Assembly: GCA_029568545.1 (NCBI GenBank) | Contig: JAKQAH010000165.1 | Location: forward strand, 1 to 52,368 | Length of the DNA stretch: 52,368 bases | Source: Candidatus Omnitrophota bacterium | GTDB taxonomy: Bacteria; Omnitrophota; Gorgyraeia; Zapsychrales; Zapsychraceae | Direction: 5' to 3' | Shown here: in pieces, positions 36,506 to 45,833 of the stretch | How positions within the stretch are numbered: position 1 is the stretch's first letter | How the letters are laid out: each line of letters starts with the position of its first letter | Notes under the pieces: generated by a model | Told to the model about the DNA's origin: nothing | Database searches by the model: none | The model's input: only the letters and a program-made list of their open reading frames with translations | Position numbers and translations under genes: made by a program

Positions 36506-36636
36506 AAAGCGGGCCTTATCTTCGGCCGGCGCCTCTTAAATTTTCTATTCTTTCATCTTATCAAAAAGGGATTGATGGTATACTATACAAAAGTTCGGAT
36601 TTTTATAATTGTCTGGTGACCTCGGGAGAAAATCTT

Positions 36637-37302
36637 ATGGAAAAGAGATTTTTGTCGCAAAAAAAGTTTTGGCTGATCCATGTGATGGCCGCTCTGTTCT
36701 TGGCGGGCTGCGCGACCAAACAGCTTAAGCTGACCGAAACAGGGTTCCTGAGCAGCTATGCCGATTTGCAGGCGGACAAGGGATCGAAGGGGATGTATGT
36801 TTTCATTAACCCCGATGTGCAAATTGCGGAAAATTACGATAAGATCGTGATCGCTCCGGTGCAATTTGAGTTGGACCCTACCGTCAAGCAGCATGCCATG
36901 ACGGATGAGGACCAGAAAAAGTTGGCGGATTATTTTGTAGGGAAATTGAAAGAAAGATTGGCGAAGAATTACACGGTCACCGATCAGCCCGGGGAGGGCG
37001 CATTGCTGTTCCGGACCGCGATCACGGACGTCTTGCCGAATAAGGTCTATCTTAATCTCCATTGGTCGACGACGCTTCTGGGGGGTGGGATCGGTGGAGC
37101 CGCTTTAGAAGCAGAGCTGGTGGATTCCATAACGGGAGATCGGATCATTTCTTTTGTGGACGCCAGAAAGGGACGAAAGCTCAACTACACCAAGGGCCTG
37201 ACCAAGTGGGGGCATACGCAGGAGGTTTTGGGGATATGGGCCGACCTCATGGTGGAGAATTTGGACCGTCTCAAAGAAAAAGACCGGGAGGGATCTCTGT
37301 AG
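36637..37302 (+). CDS. DUF3313-like lipoprotein
   Basis: ATG at 36637 lies 7 nt after GGGAGA. Lipobox LFLAGC. TGFLSSYADLQ is reminiscent of DUF3313. Confidence 0.55.
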   Translation: MEKRFLSQKKFWLIHVMAALFLAGCATKQLKLTETGFLSSYADLQADKGSKGMYVFINPDVQIAENYDKIVIAPVQFELDPTVKQHAMTDEDQKKLADYFVGKLKERLAKNYTVTDQPGEGALLFRTAITDVLPNKVYLNLHWSTTLLGGGIGGAALEAELVDSITGDRIISFVDARKGRKLNYTKGLTKWGHTQEVLGIWADLMVENLDRLKEKDREGSL

Positions 37303-37303
37303 T

Positions 37304-38116
37304 ATGCGTATTGTGGAAGATCATGCGGAAGAGCTCCAAGATCCGTCGCTGCACGCATTGAACAGGCCCAGCAAAGCTAAAAAGGAACTGCCGGCCTTGG
37401 TGGCTGTTTCCAAAAAAGTCGGGAAAGCGATCGTTGATTTTAAAATGATCAGCGAAGGCGATAAGATCGCCGTCGCGGTTTCCGGAGGAAAAGACAGCTT
37501 GTCGCTGATGCATGTCTTGCGCCATCGCCAAAGGGTCAGCCCCGTCAATTTCGATTTCACGGCGGTCCATATTGATTTCGGGTTTGAGGGCTTTAATCCG
37601 GAGGTTCTCGGCGACTATTTCAAAAAACACAGATTCCCTTATTTCATTGAAAAAGCCGATGTGTTCAAAGGGAAGCGCGATCAGGATATCGACTGTTTCT
37701 GGTGTTCGTGGAACCGCCGCAAGGCGCTTTTCCAATTAGCCGACCGCGAAGGATTCACCAAGGTGGCGTTTGGGCATCACCTTGATGATATCGCCGAGAC
37801 GATCGTTCTGAACCAGTTTTACCGCGGCGAGATCGGGGCCATGAAGCCGAAACAGGAACTATTCGATGGCAAGATCGTGATTATCCGACCGCTGGCCTAC
37901 GTTCGCGAGCGCGAGATGGAATATCTGGCCAAAAAACTGAACATTGCCTCGGTTGGCCAGCCTAAATGCGCCAAGGGCGATAGGTCTCATCGCATGAAGA
38001 TCAGGAAAATGCTCAGGGCGTTTGAGGAAAACAATCCCATGGTTGTCACAAACATTTTCCGCAGCCTCCAGAAGGTTCGATCCGATTATCTGATCGATGA
38101 TCCTACGCAGCCGTGA
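37304..38116 (+). CDS. ttcA: PP-loop ATPase, tRNA 2-thiocytidine synthetase TtcA-like
   Basis: PP-loop VAVSGGKDSLSL. Cys motifs CFWCSWNRR and PKCAKG. Confidence 0.75.
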   Translation: MRIVEDHAEELQDPSLHALNRPSKAKKELPALVAVSKKVGKAIVDFKMISEGDKIAVAVSGGKDSLSLMHVLRHRQRVSPVNFDFTAVHIDFGFEGFNPEVLGDYFKKHRFPYFIEKADVFKGKRDQDIDCFWCSWNRRKALFQLADREGFTKVAFGHHLDDIAETIVLNQFYRGEIGAMKPKQELFDGKIVIIRPLAYVREREMEYLAKKLNIASVGQPKCAKGDRSHRMKIRKMLRAFEENNPMVVTNIFRSLQKVRSDYLIDDPTQP

Positions 38117-38184
38117 ATTCTTATAGGAATGCGGTTTTAAAAGGCGCGCTTGAGAGTACATTCAAATAATTATTTGATTTAAAG

Positions 38185-38213
38185 TTGACGCGCCAGGGGT
38201 ATCACTTTATAAT
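38185..38213 (+). promoter_or_regulatory. sigma70-like promoter for the Cys-rich repeat gene
   Basis: TTGACG, 17-nt spacer, TATAAT. Confidence 0.5.
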
Positions 38214-38259
38214 AATTTTTTAGATGGTATAAAATCCTGCAGCTCAATTATTTAAGAGA

Positions 38260-41200
38260 ATGAACCTGCCATTGAGAAAAAACCTTGTTTTAGTCTTAGC
38301 TATTCTGGTATCTTTTGCTTCTGGTTGTGACTTTTTCAAATCGAAACCAAAAGAGCAAGAGGCTCCTCTCCGGACTGAAAGGCTGATTGCCAAAGAAGCT
38401 GTCTCGCCTGCCCAATTGCCGGTCACCCAGGCCCAACGATATCTAAGCTATCAACCCAATTGCCGGGATCTTGGCCTTTTGGAAAAGAACGGATGCGGCC
38501 AGTGCAGCAAGATCCCCAACAGTGCCTGTTCGGTGGCTAGGCGCTCCCCCGAGGGATTCCAATGTTACGAATGTGTGACCAAGCGCGAAGAATGCCGCGA
38601 TATCGGAAAGCTTGACCGAAGGAGCTGCCAATTGTGCGAGGAGGTTTCCAGCGCCCAGTGCGCTCCATCCGGAAAAACCAAAGACGGTGAGGCCTGCTAT
38701 AAATGTGTCCAGCAGAAACCGCCGTGCGTGCGGCTGGGCCTTTTAGCCGAAGAGGATTGCGGTCCTTGCCAGAAGCACAAGAGCCTTCAATGCGTTCCGG
38801 CAACTATGACCGAAGATGGGACCCAATGCTATGAATGCGTTGACAAACCCGAAGAGTGCGAGGATTTGGGATATTTTTCGTCCAAAGATTGCCGCGAATG
38901 CGAACGGGATGCGACCAAAGACTGCAGTCTTGTGATCCGGACAAAAAGCGGGCGCAAATGTTATCAATGTATCGATAAGCCTCAAACATGTCAAGATATC
39001 GGCTTGATGGATCATAATGTTTGTTTGGGCTGCGCTGAAAACCCTCAAAAAGAATGCCTGAAAGCGGAAAAGAAAACTAATAAAGGAAAAGAATGTTATG
39101 AGTGCGTTGATAAGCCTAGGGCATGTGCGGACCTTGGTTTTATCGATTTTGAGGGATGCCAGAAATGCGCGAAAGAGCCGGGTAAAGAATGCCATAGCAT
39201 AGAAGCTCTCAAGGGAAGCCAGCAGTGTTTCCAATGTCTCGATAATCCGGAGCAGTGCAACGAGATCGGCTTGCTTGATGCAAAGAATTGCTACAGCTGC
39301 GATGCCGATCCGAAAAAGGAATGTGTTCCTGATAAGAAAACCAAGGAAGGGATGCAGTGTTTCGCCTGCCGCGAAAAACCGCAGGAATGCGCCGACATCA
39401 ATTATCTCGACGAATCTCAGTGTGCCGCCTGCACGGCTGATTCGAAAAAGGAATGTGCCCTGGCAAAGCAAACGAAAGAAGGTAAGCAGTGCTACAAATG
39501 CCAGGATAAGCCCGAAGAGTGCGTTGATCTGGGCCTCATTGACCAGACGGAATGCGAGGCTTGCGCGAAGGACCGCAAAAAAGAATGCGTTGCGGACCGG
39601 CAGACCAAAGAAGGCAAACAGTGCTTTAAGTGCCAGGACAAGCCCCAAAAATGCGAGGAATTGGATCTTTTGGACGAAACGCAATGCGCCGTCTGCACGG
39701 AAAATCCGAAAAAAGAATGCGCGGCTGATCAAAAGACCAAAGAAGGCAAACAATGCTTTAAGTGCCAGGACAAGCCCCAAGAGTGCGCTGATCTGAAACT
39801 GATCGATGAGCAAGAGTGCATAACCTGCGCATCGGATCCCAAAAAGCTTTGCCTCGAGGATAAAAAGACCAAAGAAGGCAAGCCGTGTTTCCGGTGCGAA
39901 GACAAGCCGGAGGAATGCGTTGATTTGCAATTAGTCGATGAGAAAGATTGCGAGGTCTGCGCGGCCGATTCCAAGAAGGAGTGTGTTGCTGATCGGCAGA
40001 CCAAAGAAGGCAAGCAATGCTTTAAGTGCCAGGATAAGCCCCAAGAATGCGCCGATATTAATCTCATTGATCAAAAGGATTGCGCCTCTTGCGCGGATGA
40101 TCCGAAAAAAGAATGCGTCGAGGGTCAAAAGACCAAGGAAGGCAAACAATGCTACCGCTGTCAGGAAAGGATCCAAACGTGCAGTGAATTGAACTTGATT
40201 AGCGAAGAAGACTGCGCGGTATGCAACGCCGATCCGGGAAAACAATGCATTGCCGACCAGAAAACGGAGCAGGGAAAGCAGTGCTACCGATGCCAGGATA
40301 AGCCTCAAGAGTGCGCACAGCTCAATCTGATCGATGAGCAGCAGTGTCCGGCCTGCACGGCTGATCCGGCGAAAGAGTGCGTGGCTGATCAAAAGACCGA
40401 AGAAGGCAAACAATGCTTTAAGTGCCAGGATAGACCGCAGCAATGCGCCGATTTAGGATTGATCAGCGCGCAGGGTTGCGAAGCCTGCACGGCTGATCCG
40501 AGGATGGAATGCCTAAAGGATCAGGAAACCAAAGAAGGCGAGCAATGTTACAAGTGCAGCGAGAAACCCCAGGAATGCGTCGACCTTAATCTTCTGGAAG
40601 AGTCAGAGTGCAATACATGCACGTCCGACCCGAAAAAACAATGCTCTGCCGATCAAAAAACAAAGCAAGGAAAACAGTGTTATCGTTGCGAAGACAAACC
40701 GCAACAATGCGCTGAATTGAACCTTATCGATGTGAGCGAGTGCGGCGCGTGCGCTTCTGATCCGTCCAAAGAATGCGTCGAGAGCCAAAAGACCAAAGAA
40801 GGCAAACCCTGCTATCGTTGTCAGATTAAGACCCAGAAGTGCAGCGAATTGAACCTGATCGACGAATCGCAATGTCCGCAATGCCTGGCCGATCCGAAAA
40901 AACAATGCGCGCCCGGGCAAAAAACCAACGAAGGGATGCAATGTTATCAGTGCCAGGATAAGCCGGAAGAGTGCGCCGATTTTATGCAGATCGAGGAAAT
41001 GGAATGCGCGGCGTGCACCGCTGATTCAAAAAAGGAATGCCTCCCCGGGCGAATGACAAAAGAAGGCAAACAATGCTATCAATGCCAAGACAAGCCGCAG
41101 GAATGCGCCGAATTGGATCTTTTTGACGAAAAAGACTGCGCGGCATGCGCGTCTGATCCGAAAAAACAGTGCGCGCCGGACCAGAAGACCAGAGAGGGCA

Positions 41201-41892
41201 AGCAATGCTATCGCTGCCAGGATAAACCGCAAGAATGTTCGGAGCTTGATCTTCTCGATCAGGCTCAGTGCGGCGCATGCGTATCCGATCCGAGGAAAAT
41301 CTGCGTTGAGGACCGCAAGACCAAAGAAGGCAAGCAATGCTTTAAGTGCCAGGATAAACCTCAGGAATGCTCAGAGCTGAATTTGATCGATCAGGCGCAG
41401 TGCGCGCCATGCGTCTCTGACCCGAGGAAGGAATGCATTGCCGATGAGCTGACCAAAGAAGGCAAACAATGCTATCAATGCGTGGATAAGCCTGAGCAAT
41501 GCAAGGATCTCGGACTGCTTGATGCCGAAGGCTGCCGCTTGTGCGACAGCGTTGCGGGAAAGAAATGCGTGGAAGGCAAGCGCACCAAAGAAGGGCGGCC
41601 CTGTTATAGCTGCCAAGAGAGGTCGCAAGCCTGTGGGCAGTTAGGGCTTTTGAACGCGCTGGAATGCGAATATAAGTGCACGGATTGCGTCGAGGCCCAG
41701 AAGGCAGCGAACGGCGAGCAATGTTTCAGCTGTAACTCCAAGCCCGGCGGCACGGAATGCTTGAACAACGATTATTACAGGGATTGCTCCTCTTGCAAAG
41801 AAGGTGAGATCTGCGAAGAGATGGGCGTTATCCTGTTTTATGAAACGCGCAAGACCTTGCCGTTAACGTGCTATACGTGTACGCCTAAATAA
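38260..41892 (+). CDS. giant cysteine-rich tandem-repeat putative lipoprotein (24 x 44-aa six-Cys modules)
   Basis: Signal peptide with SFASGC (Cys23). From Cys68 come 24 consecutive modules with spacing C-x10-C-x2-C-x7-C-x11-C-x2-C-x6. Consensus is about C[AS][DE]LNLID[EQ]x[EQ]CxxCxxDPKKECxxDQKTKEGKQC[FY][KR]CQDKPQE. A degenerate 25th module and a Cys-rich cap follow. Confidence 0.85.
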   Translation: MNLPLRKNLVLVLAILVSFASGCDFFKSKPKEQEAPLRTERLIAKEAVSPAQLPVTQAQRYLSYQPNCRDLGLLEKNGCGQCSKIPNSACSVARRSPEGFQCYECVTKREECRDIGKLDRRSCQLCEEVSSAQCAPSGKTKDGEACYKCVQQKPPCVRLGLLAEEDCGPCQKHKSLQCVPATMTEDGTQCYECVDKPEECEDLGYFSSKDCRECERDATKDCSLVIRTKSGRKCYQCIDKPQTCQDIGLMDHNVCLGCAENPQKECLKAEKKTNKGKECYECVDKPRACADLGFIDFEGCQKCAKEPGKECHSIEALKGSQQCFQCLDNPEQCNEIGLLDAKNCYSCDADPKKECVPDKKTKEGMQCFACREKPQECADINYLDESQCAACTADSKKECALAKQTKEGKQCYKCQDKPEECVDLGLIDQTECEACAKDRKKECVADRQTKEGKQCFKCQDKPQKCEELDLLDETQCAVCTENPKKECAADQKTKEGKQCFKCQDKPQECADLKLIDEQECITCASDPKKLCLEDKKTKEGKPCFRCEDKPEECVDLQLVDEKDCEVCAADSKKECVADRQTKEGKQCFKCQDKPQECADINLIDQKDCASCADDPKKECVEGQKTKEGKQCYRCQERIQTCSELNLISEEDCAVCNADPGKQCIADQKTEQGKQCYRCQDKPQECAQLNLIDEQQCPACTADPAKECVADQKTEEGKQCFKCQDRPQQCADLGLISAQGCEACTADPRMECLKDQETKEGEQCYKCSEKPQECVDLNLLEESECNTCTSDPKKQCSADQKTKQGKQCYRCEDKPQQCAELNLIDVSECGACASDPSKECVESQKTKEGKPCYRCQIKTQKCSELNLIDESQCPQCLADPKKQCAPGQKTNEGMQCYQCQDKPEECADFMQIEEMECAACTADSKKECLPGRMTKEGKQCYQCQDKPQECAELDLFDEKDCAACASDPKKQCAPDQKTREGKQCYRCQDKPQECSELDLLDQAQCGACVSDPRKICVEDRKTKEGKQCFKCQDKPQECSELNLIDQAQCAPCVSDPRKECIADELTKEGKQCYQCVDKPEQCKDLGLLDAEGCRLCDSVAGKKCVEGKRTKEGRPCYSCQERSQACGQLGLLNALECEYKCTDCVEAQKAANGEQCFSCNSKPGGTECLNNDYYRDCSSCKEGEICEEMGVILFYETRKTLPLTCYTCTPK
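38461..41631 (+). repeat. 132-bp in-frame tandem repeat array (24 units) inside the Cys-rich gene
   Basis: The first TGC of unit 1 is at 38461 and the first codon of unit 25 at 41632. Near-identical 47-nt stretches GCTGATCAAAAGACC(A/G)AAGAAGGCAAACAATGCTTTAAGTGCCAGGA lie at 39724 and 40384, which is 5 x 132 nt apart. Confidence 0.9.
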
Positions 41893-41926
41893 TGAGCGAA
41901 CGTTCGCTATAGTCTTAGATAATAAG

Positions 41927-41957
41927 CGGCCATCAAATGATGGCCGTTTATTTTTTT
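41927..41957 (+). terminator. rho-independent terminator
   Basis: CGGCCATC / loop AAAT / GATGGCCG, followed by TTTATTTTTTT. Confidence 0.8.
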
Positions 41958-42078
41958 AGAGAAAATGTTCAGGAGCAGGATTGAATATTCTCGGTTTTTC
42001 CTTGTGAGGAGATTTTTTGAGGGTAAAATAAGGCTATAGGAAGAATTTATTGAACAAAGGGGCGGCGCTTTGGAGTTT

Positions 42079-42687
42079 ATGAATTCTTTAGGGGTGTTGA
42101 TGGGCGGGGCCTGGGGCTCGGGCGTCAATCTTTACATGACAACAGCCGGCCTCGGGATCGCTCACCGCATGGGTTGGCTCACGCTTCCCGGGAGTATGGA
42201 AACCCTGGCCAATCCTCTGGTTATCGGGATAGCCATCCTCCTGTATGCGGTTGAATTTGTTGCCGACAAGATTCCCTTCGTTGATTCCGCCTGGGATACG
42301 GTCCATACGTTTATCCGCCCAGTGGGGGGGATGGCTTTAGGCTACATGGCCATGGCAGATGTTGGTCCCGCGATACAGTATCCCGTCGCGATCTTGACAG
42401 GATCCATTGCCTTGGATTCCCACTTGACCAAAGCGACGGCGCGAGCGGCCATTAATACTTCTCCGGAGCCGTTCAGCAATTCGGTTGCAAGCGTCACGGA
42501 AGATGCGAGTGTCTTTGGTGTAATGTATTTGATCATCAAGCATCCGATCATTGCCGCAATCCTTGTTATTTTGTTCGTCCTGTTCTCGATATGGTTTTTG
42601 AAGACCATGTTCCGCTTCATTAAAAAGATTTTCGGTAAAAGCGGCGCAAAGCCGCCGGAAACTCAACAGCAAGCAGTTAACTCGTAA
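42079..42687 (+). CDS. DUF4126 domain-containing membrane protein
   Basis: GVNLYMTTAGLG...AVEFVADKIPFVDSAWDTVHTFIRP fits the DUF4126 pattern. ATG at 42079; the ORF track starts at TTG 42070. Confidence 0.75.
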   Translation: MNSLGVLMGGAWGSGVNLYMTTAGLGIAHRMGWLTLPGSMETLANPLVIGIAILLYAVEFVADKIPFVDSAWDTVHTFIRPVGGMALGYMAMADVGPAIQYPVAILTGSIALDSHLTKATARAAINTSPEPFSNSVASVTEDASVFGVMYLIIKHPIIAAILVILFVLFSIWFLKTMFRFIKKIFGKSGAKPPETQQQAVNS

Positions 42688-42700
42688 AAAGGAGGAAAAA

Positions 42701-42868
42701 ATGCAAGGAATTTTAGGTCTTATTGTTCTGGTGTTGGACATTCTTGCGATTGTGGATTGCGTCAAAAGCGCCAAATCGGGTGGGCAAAAAGCACTTTGGA
42801 TTATCCTCATCCTCGTTCTTCCCATTCTCGGTTTGATCCTTTATTATCTCATCGGCAAGAAGAAATAG
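42701..42868 (+). CDS. small membrane protein, PLD-nuclease-N-terminal (PLDc_N)-like
   Basis: Absent from the ORF track (55 aa). RBS AAAGGAGG lies 6 nt upstream. MQGILGLIVLVLDILAIVDCVKSAKSGGQKALWIILILVLPILGLILYYLIGKKK has two TM segments and the W..ilvlP.lG...Y pattern. Confidence 0.65.
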   Translation: MQGILGLIVLVLDILAIVDCVKSAKSGGQKALWIILILVLPILGLILYYLIGKKK

Positions 42869-42891
42869 TTTCGGCGTAAAAGCGGTTGGCA

Positions 42892-42925
42892 GGGGGCAGA
42901 TTCTTTGGAATTTGCCCCCTTTTTA
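42892..42925 (+). terminator. rho-independent terminator
   Basis: GGGGGCAGATTC / loop TTTG / GAATTTGCCCCC, followed by TTTTTA. Confidence 0.8.
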
Positions 42926-43106
42926 TTCCTAAAGATTCACAAGTAAACCGTTTGTATTGATCGGATCTTATTGAAGAGGCCTCGCCATAAATCAAAAGCT
43001 GGCCGATTTTTCTGTTTTACTTCCCAAGGAATAAATAGTAAGATGCTTGCTGTGTTTTGACGGTTGAAGAACTCAATTCCCGCATGATTAGGGCTTTAAA
43101 AACGAA

Positions 43107-45677
43107 ATGTATAGCACAGGCATTACAGGTTTAGATGAGATCCTTTCCGGGCTGAAATTAGGCGATAACGTCGTCTGGCAAGTCAATACAGTCGAGAACT
43201 ACATCGATTTTGTCCGGCCGTTCGTCAAAAAAGCGCTGGAGGAAAAAAGACGGATGGTCTACATCCGCTTTGCCGACCATCCTCCGATCGTTGAGCCCCA
43301 TAAAGATATTATTGTTTATCAGTTGGATGCCTCCGCCGGATTTGAATCGTTCTCGGTCGAGCTGAATTCGATCATCAGCAAAGAGGGGGAAGGCGTTTTT
43401 TATGTGATCGACTGCCTTTCCTACCTGCTTTCGGAATGGTCCAATGACCTGATGATCGGGAATTTCTTCAAGATCACCTGCCCGTATCTTTATCAGCTGG
43501 ATACGATCACGTATTTCGGCCTGTTGCGCAACCGCCATTCGTTCAAGACCATTGCGCGCATCCGCGATACGACGCAATTGCTCATCGATGTTTATCATTA
43601 CGAAGATAACTATTATGTCCATCCGCTGAAGGTATGGCAGCGTTACTCCCCGACGATGTTCCTGCCGCACATCAAGAAGGGCGACCGCTTCGAGCCGATC
43701 ACCAACAGCGCCGATGCGTCCAATCTTTTCTCCCATACTTTCATGGAGGGGGCGAAAAGCATCCGGCGGAACCTTGATTTCTGGGACCAGCTGTTTTTGA
43801 AGGCCGCTTCGGTAATGGGGCAGGAAGGCGCCGAGCAAGAAAAAGCGCAAATGATGGATCAGCTGTGCCGGATTACGATCGCGCGCGACGAAAAGCTTTT
43901 AGACCTGGCCAAGCGGCATTTTACGCTCAAAGATCTTTTGGATATCAAGGCCAGGATGATCGGAACCGGGTTTATCGGCGGTAAATCGGTCGGCATGTTG
44001 ATCGCGCGCAATATCCTCGCGAAGGATGAATCGCTTAAGAGCAGGGATTTTGAGCCTCACGATTCTTTTTACATCGGGTCCGATGTTTTTTACACTTACA
44101 TCGTTGAGAACGGATGGTGGCAGGCGCGCATGAAGCAGAGGACCAAAGAATCTTATTTTTCGGCTTCCAAGGAGCTCAAAGAGAAATTGCTTCATGGGGT
44201 TTTCCCTGAAGAGATTGCGGAACAGTTTAAGGACCTGATCGAGTATTTCGGGCAGTCTCCGATCATTGTCCGGTCCAGCAGCCTGCTTGAGGACAGTTAC
44301 GGCAACGCCTTTGCCGGAAAGTATGAAAGCGTTTTTCTCGCCAATCAGGGGACGCCAGAACAGCGGTATAAGGAATTTATCAAGGCGGTGCGCCTGATCT
44401 ATGCGTCGACAATGAACGAAGACGCTCTGGTTTACCGTTTGCAGCGCGGGCTTGACCAGATGGATGAGCAGATGGCCCTGTTGGTCCAGCGGGTTTCGGG
44501 GGCCTATCATGAAGATTATTTCTTTCCCGACGCTGCCGGCGTGGGGCTTTCGTATAATACCTTCGTCTGGAAAGACGGCTTGGACCCGAAGGCTGGTGTT
44601 CTGCGCATCGTTGTCGGGCTCGGCACCAGGGCCGTGGACCGCGTCGAAGGCGACTATGCGCGCATTGTGGCCCTGGATGATCCTCTGGTCAAGCCGCATG
44701 CGAGTTCCAAAGATGCGCAAAGGTTTTCCCAGCATAAGCTCGACGTGATCAATGTCAGGCAGAATTGTTTCCAGTCTGTTTTCATCAGGGATCTTTTGCG
44801 GGAAAAAATCCAGCTGAATCTGGGGCTGATCGCATCAAAAGATTATGAGACCATAGAACGGCTCAGGAGCCGGGGGATCGAAGAAGACGTGTGGATCATG
44901 ACGTTTGACCGTCTTTTTTCGGAAAGCGATTTCGGATCGACGGTCCAGAAAATCCTCAAGACCTTGGAAACGGCGTATGGATATCCGGTTGATATAGAAT
45001 TTACCGTTCATTTTAAAGCGGATAATGAATTCCAATTTAACCTGCTGCAATGCCGGCCGTTAAAGACCAAGGGATGGGGGAAGAGGGTCAAGATTCCCGC
45101 CAAGATCGATAAGGGGAAAATGGTTTTTGAGTCTTTCGGCAATTTTCTCGGCGGGAACATCTCGCAGACCATCAACAGGATCATTTATGTCGATCCCCAG
45201 GCGTACGCGGAGCTGATGACGCAGTCGCAGAAGTACGATATCGCCCGCATTATCGGAGAGCTGAATCATCTGGCCGGGAGCAGGGAGCGGCTTGCCGTGA
45301 TGCTTTTGGGCCCGGGGCGGTGGGGAACATCGACCCCTTCGCTGGGCGTTCCGGTTTCTTTCGCGGAGATCAGCAATATCGCGGTCTTAGGCGAGATCGC
45401 TTTTGAGACCAGCAATGCCGTTCCGGAATTATCCTTTGGCACCCACTTCTTCCAGGACCTTGTTGAGACGGATATTTTGTATTTGGCGCTGTTCCCGGAC
45501 TATGAAAAAGTTTATTTAAACCGGCCATTTTTCATGTCCCAGCTGAATCTGTTAAGCGCGCTTGTTCCCGACCACAAAAAATATGAGCATGTCATAAAAG
45601 TTTTGGACATGGGCGAGCGGAAACTCACGGTTTCTTCCGATATTATTTCTCAAAGGATCCTTTGCTATTTTTCATGA
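43107..45677 (+). CDS. PEP/pyruvate-binding (PPDK_N ATP-grasp) domain protein with N-terminal P-loop-less KaiC/RecA-like domain
   Basis: The N-terminus GITGLDEILSGLKLGDNVVWQV resembles KaiC/RadA-like GIpGLDe.lgGGl.G but has no GxxGxGKT. The central part has IGGKSVGM and IVRSSSLLEDSYGNAFAGKYESV, typical of PPDK_N. Confidence 0.7.
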   Translation: MYSTGITGLDEILSGLKLGDNVVWQVNTVENYIDFVRPFVKKALEEKRRMVYIRFADHPPIVEPHKDIIVYQLDASAGFESFSVELNSIISKEGEGVFYVIDCLSYLLSEWSNDLMIGNFFKITCPYLYQLDTITYFGLLRNRHSFKTIARIRDTTQLLIDVYHYEDNYYVHPLKVWQRYSPTMFLPHIKKGDRFEPITNSADASNLFSHTFMEGAKSIRRNLDFWDQLFLKAASVMGQEGAEQEKAQMMDQLCRITIARDEKLLDLAKRHFTLKDLLDIKARMIGTGFIGGKSVGMLIARNILAKDESLKSRDFEPHDSFYIGSDVFYTYIVENGWWQARMKQRTKESYFSASKELKEKLLHGVFPEEIAEQFKDLIEYFGQSPIIVRSSSLLEDSYGNAFAGKYESVFLANQGTPEQRYKEFIKAVRLIYASTMNEDALVYRLQRGLDQMDEQMALLVQRVSGAYHEDYFFPDAAGVGLSYNTFVWKDGLDPKAGVLRIVVGLGTRAVDRVEGDYARIVALDDPLVKPHASSKDAQRFSQHKLDVINVRQNCFQSVFIRDLLREKIQLNLGLIASKDYETIERLRSRGIEEDVWIMTFDRLFSESDFGSTVQKILKTLETAYGYPVDIEFTVHFKADNEFQFNLLQCRPLKTKGWGKRVKIPAKIDKGKMVFESFGNFLGGNISQTINRIIYVDPQAYAELMTQSQKYDIARIIGELNHLAGSRERLAVMLLGPGRWGTSTPSLGVPVSFAEISNIAVLGEIAFETSNAVPELSFGTHFFQDLVETDILYLALFPDYEKVYLNRPFFMSQLNLLSALVPDHKKYEHVIKVLDMGERKLTVSSDIISQRILCYFS

Positions 45678-45833
45678 GACGCTAGGGATCGGCCGGAAAA
45701 TAAATCAAAAAAATAAGGATTTTTTAAAGACGGTTGATAGAATAATACCCGGGTCGAAGGCTGGATCCGGAAATTCTTCCCAATACGATTCTTGCCTCTG
45801 CCCTCCAAATCAAACTGCTACCGGGAGTTCAAT

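Noticed and set aside
38743-41628. Series of long minus-strand ORFs (e.g. 38743-39930, 395 aa; 39931-40443; 40603-40941; 41371-41628) and + strand off-frame ORFs inside the Cys-rich gene
   Set aside because: They are periodic low-complexity translations of the antisense or off-frame 132-bp repeat. Only the + frame starting at 38260 has a signal peptide, an uninterrupted 1210-codon frame and a flanking promoter and terminator.
38461-41631. Regular 132-bp periodicity that could be mistaken for a CRISPR-like array
   Set aside because: There is no short conserved repeat with variable spacers. The whole unit is homologous, in frame and coding, so it is a protein tandem repeat.
45740-45833. Possible ZTP (pfl) riboswitch upstream of purC, because of GGGUCGAAGGCUGGAUCCGG
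   Set aside because: Only the GGGUCG..CUGG fragment resembles the motif. The conserved CCGGGCGGA and 3' CCGCCUGGGCA elements are absent as far as I can see.
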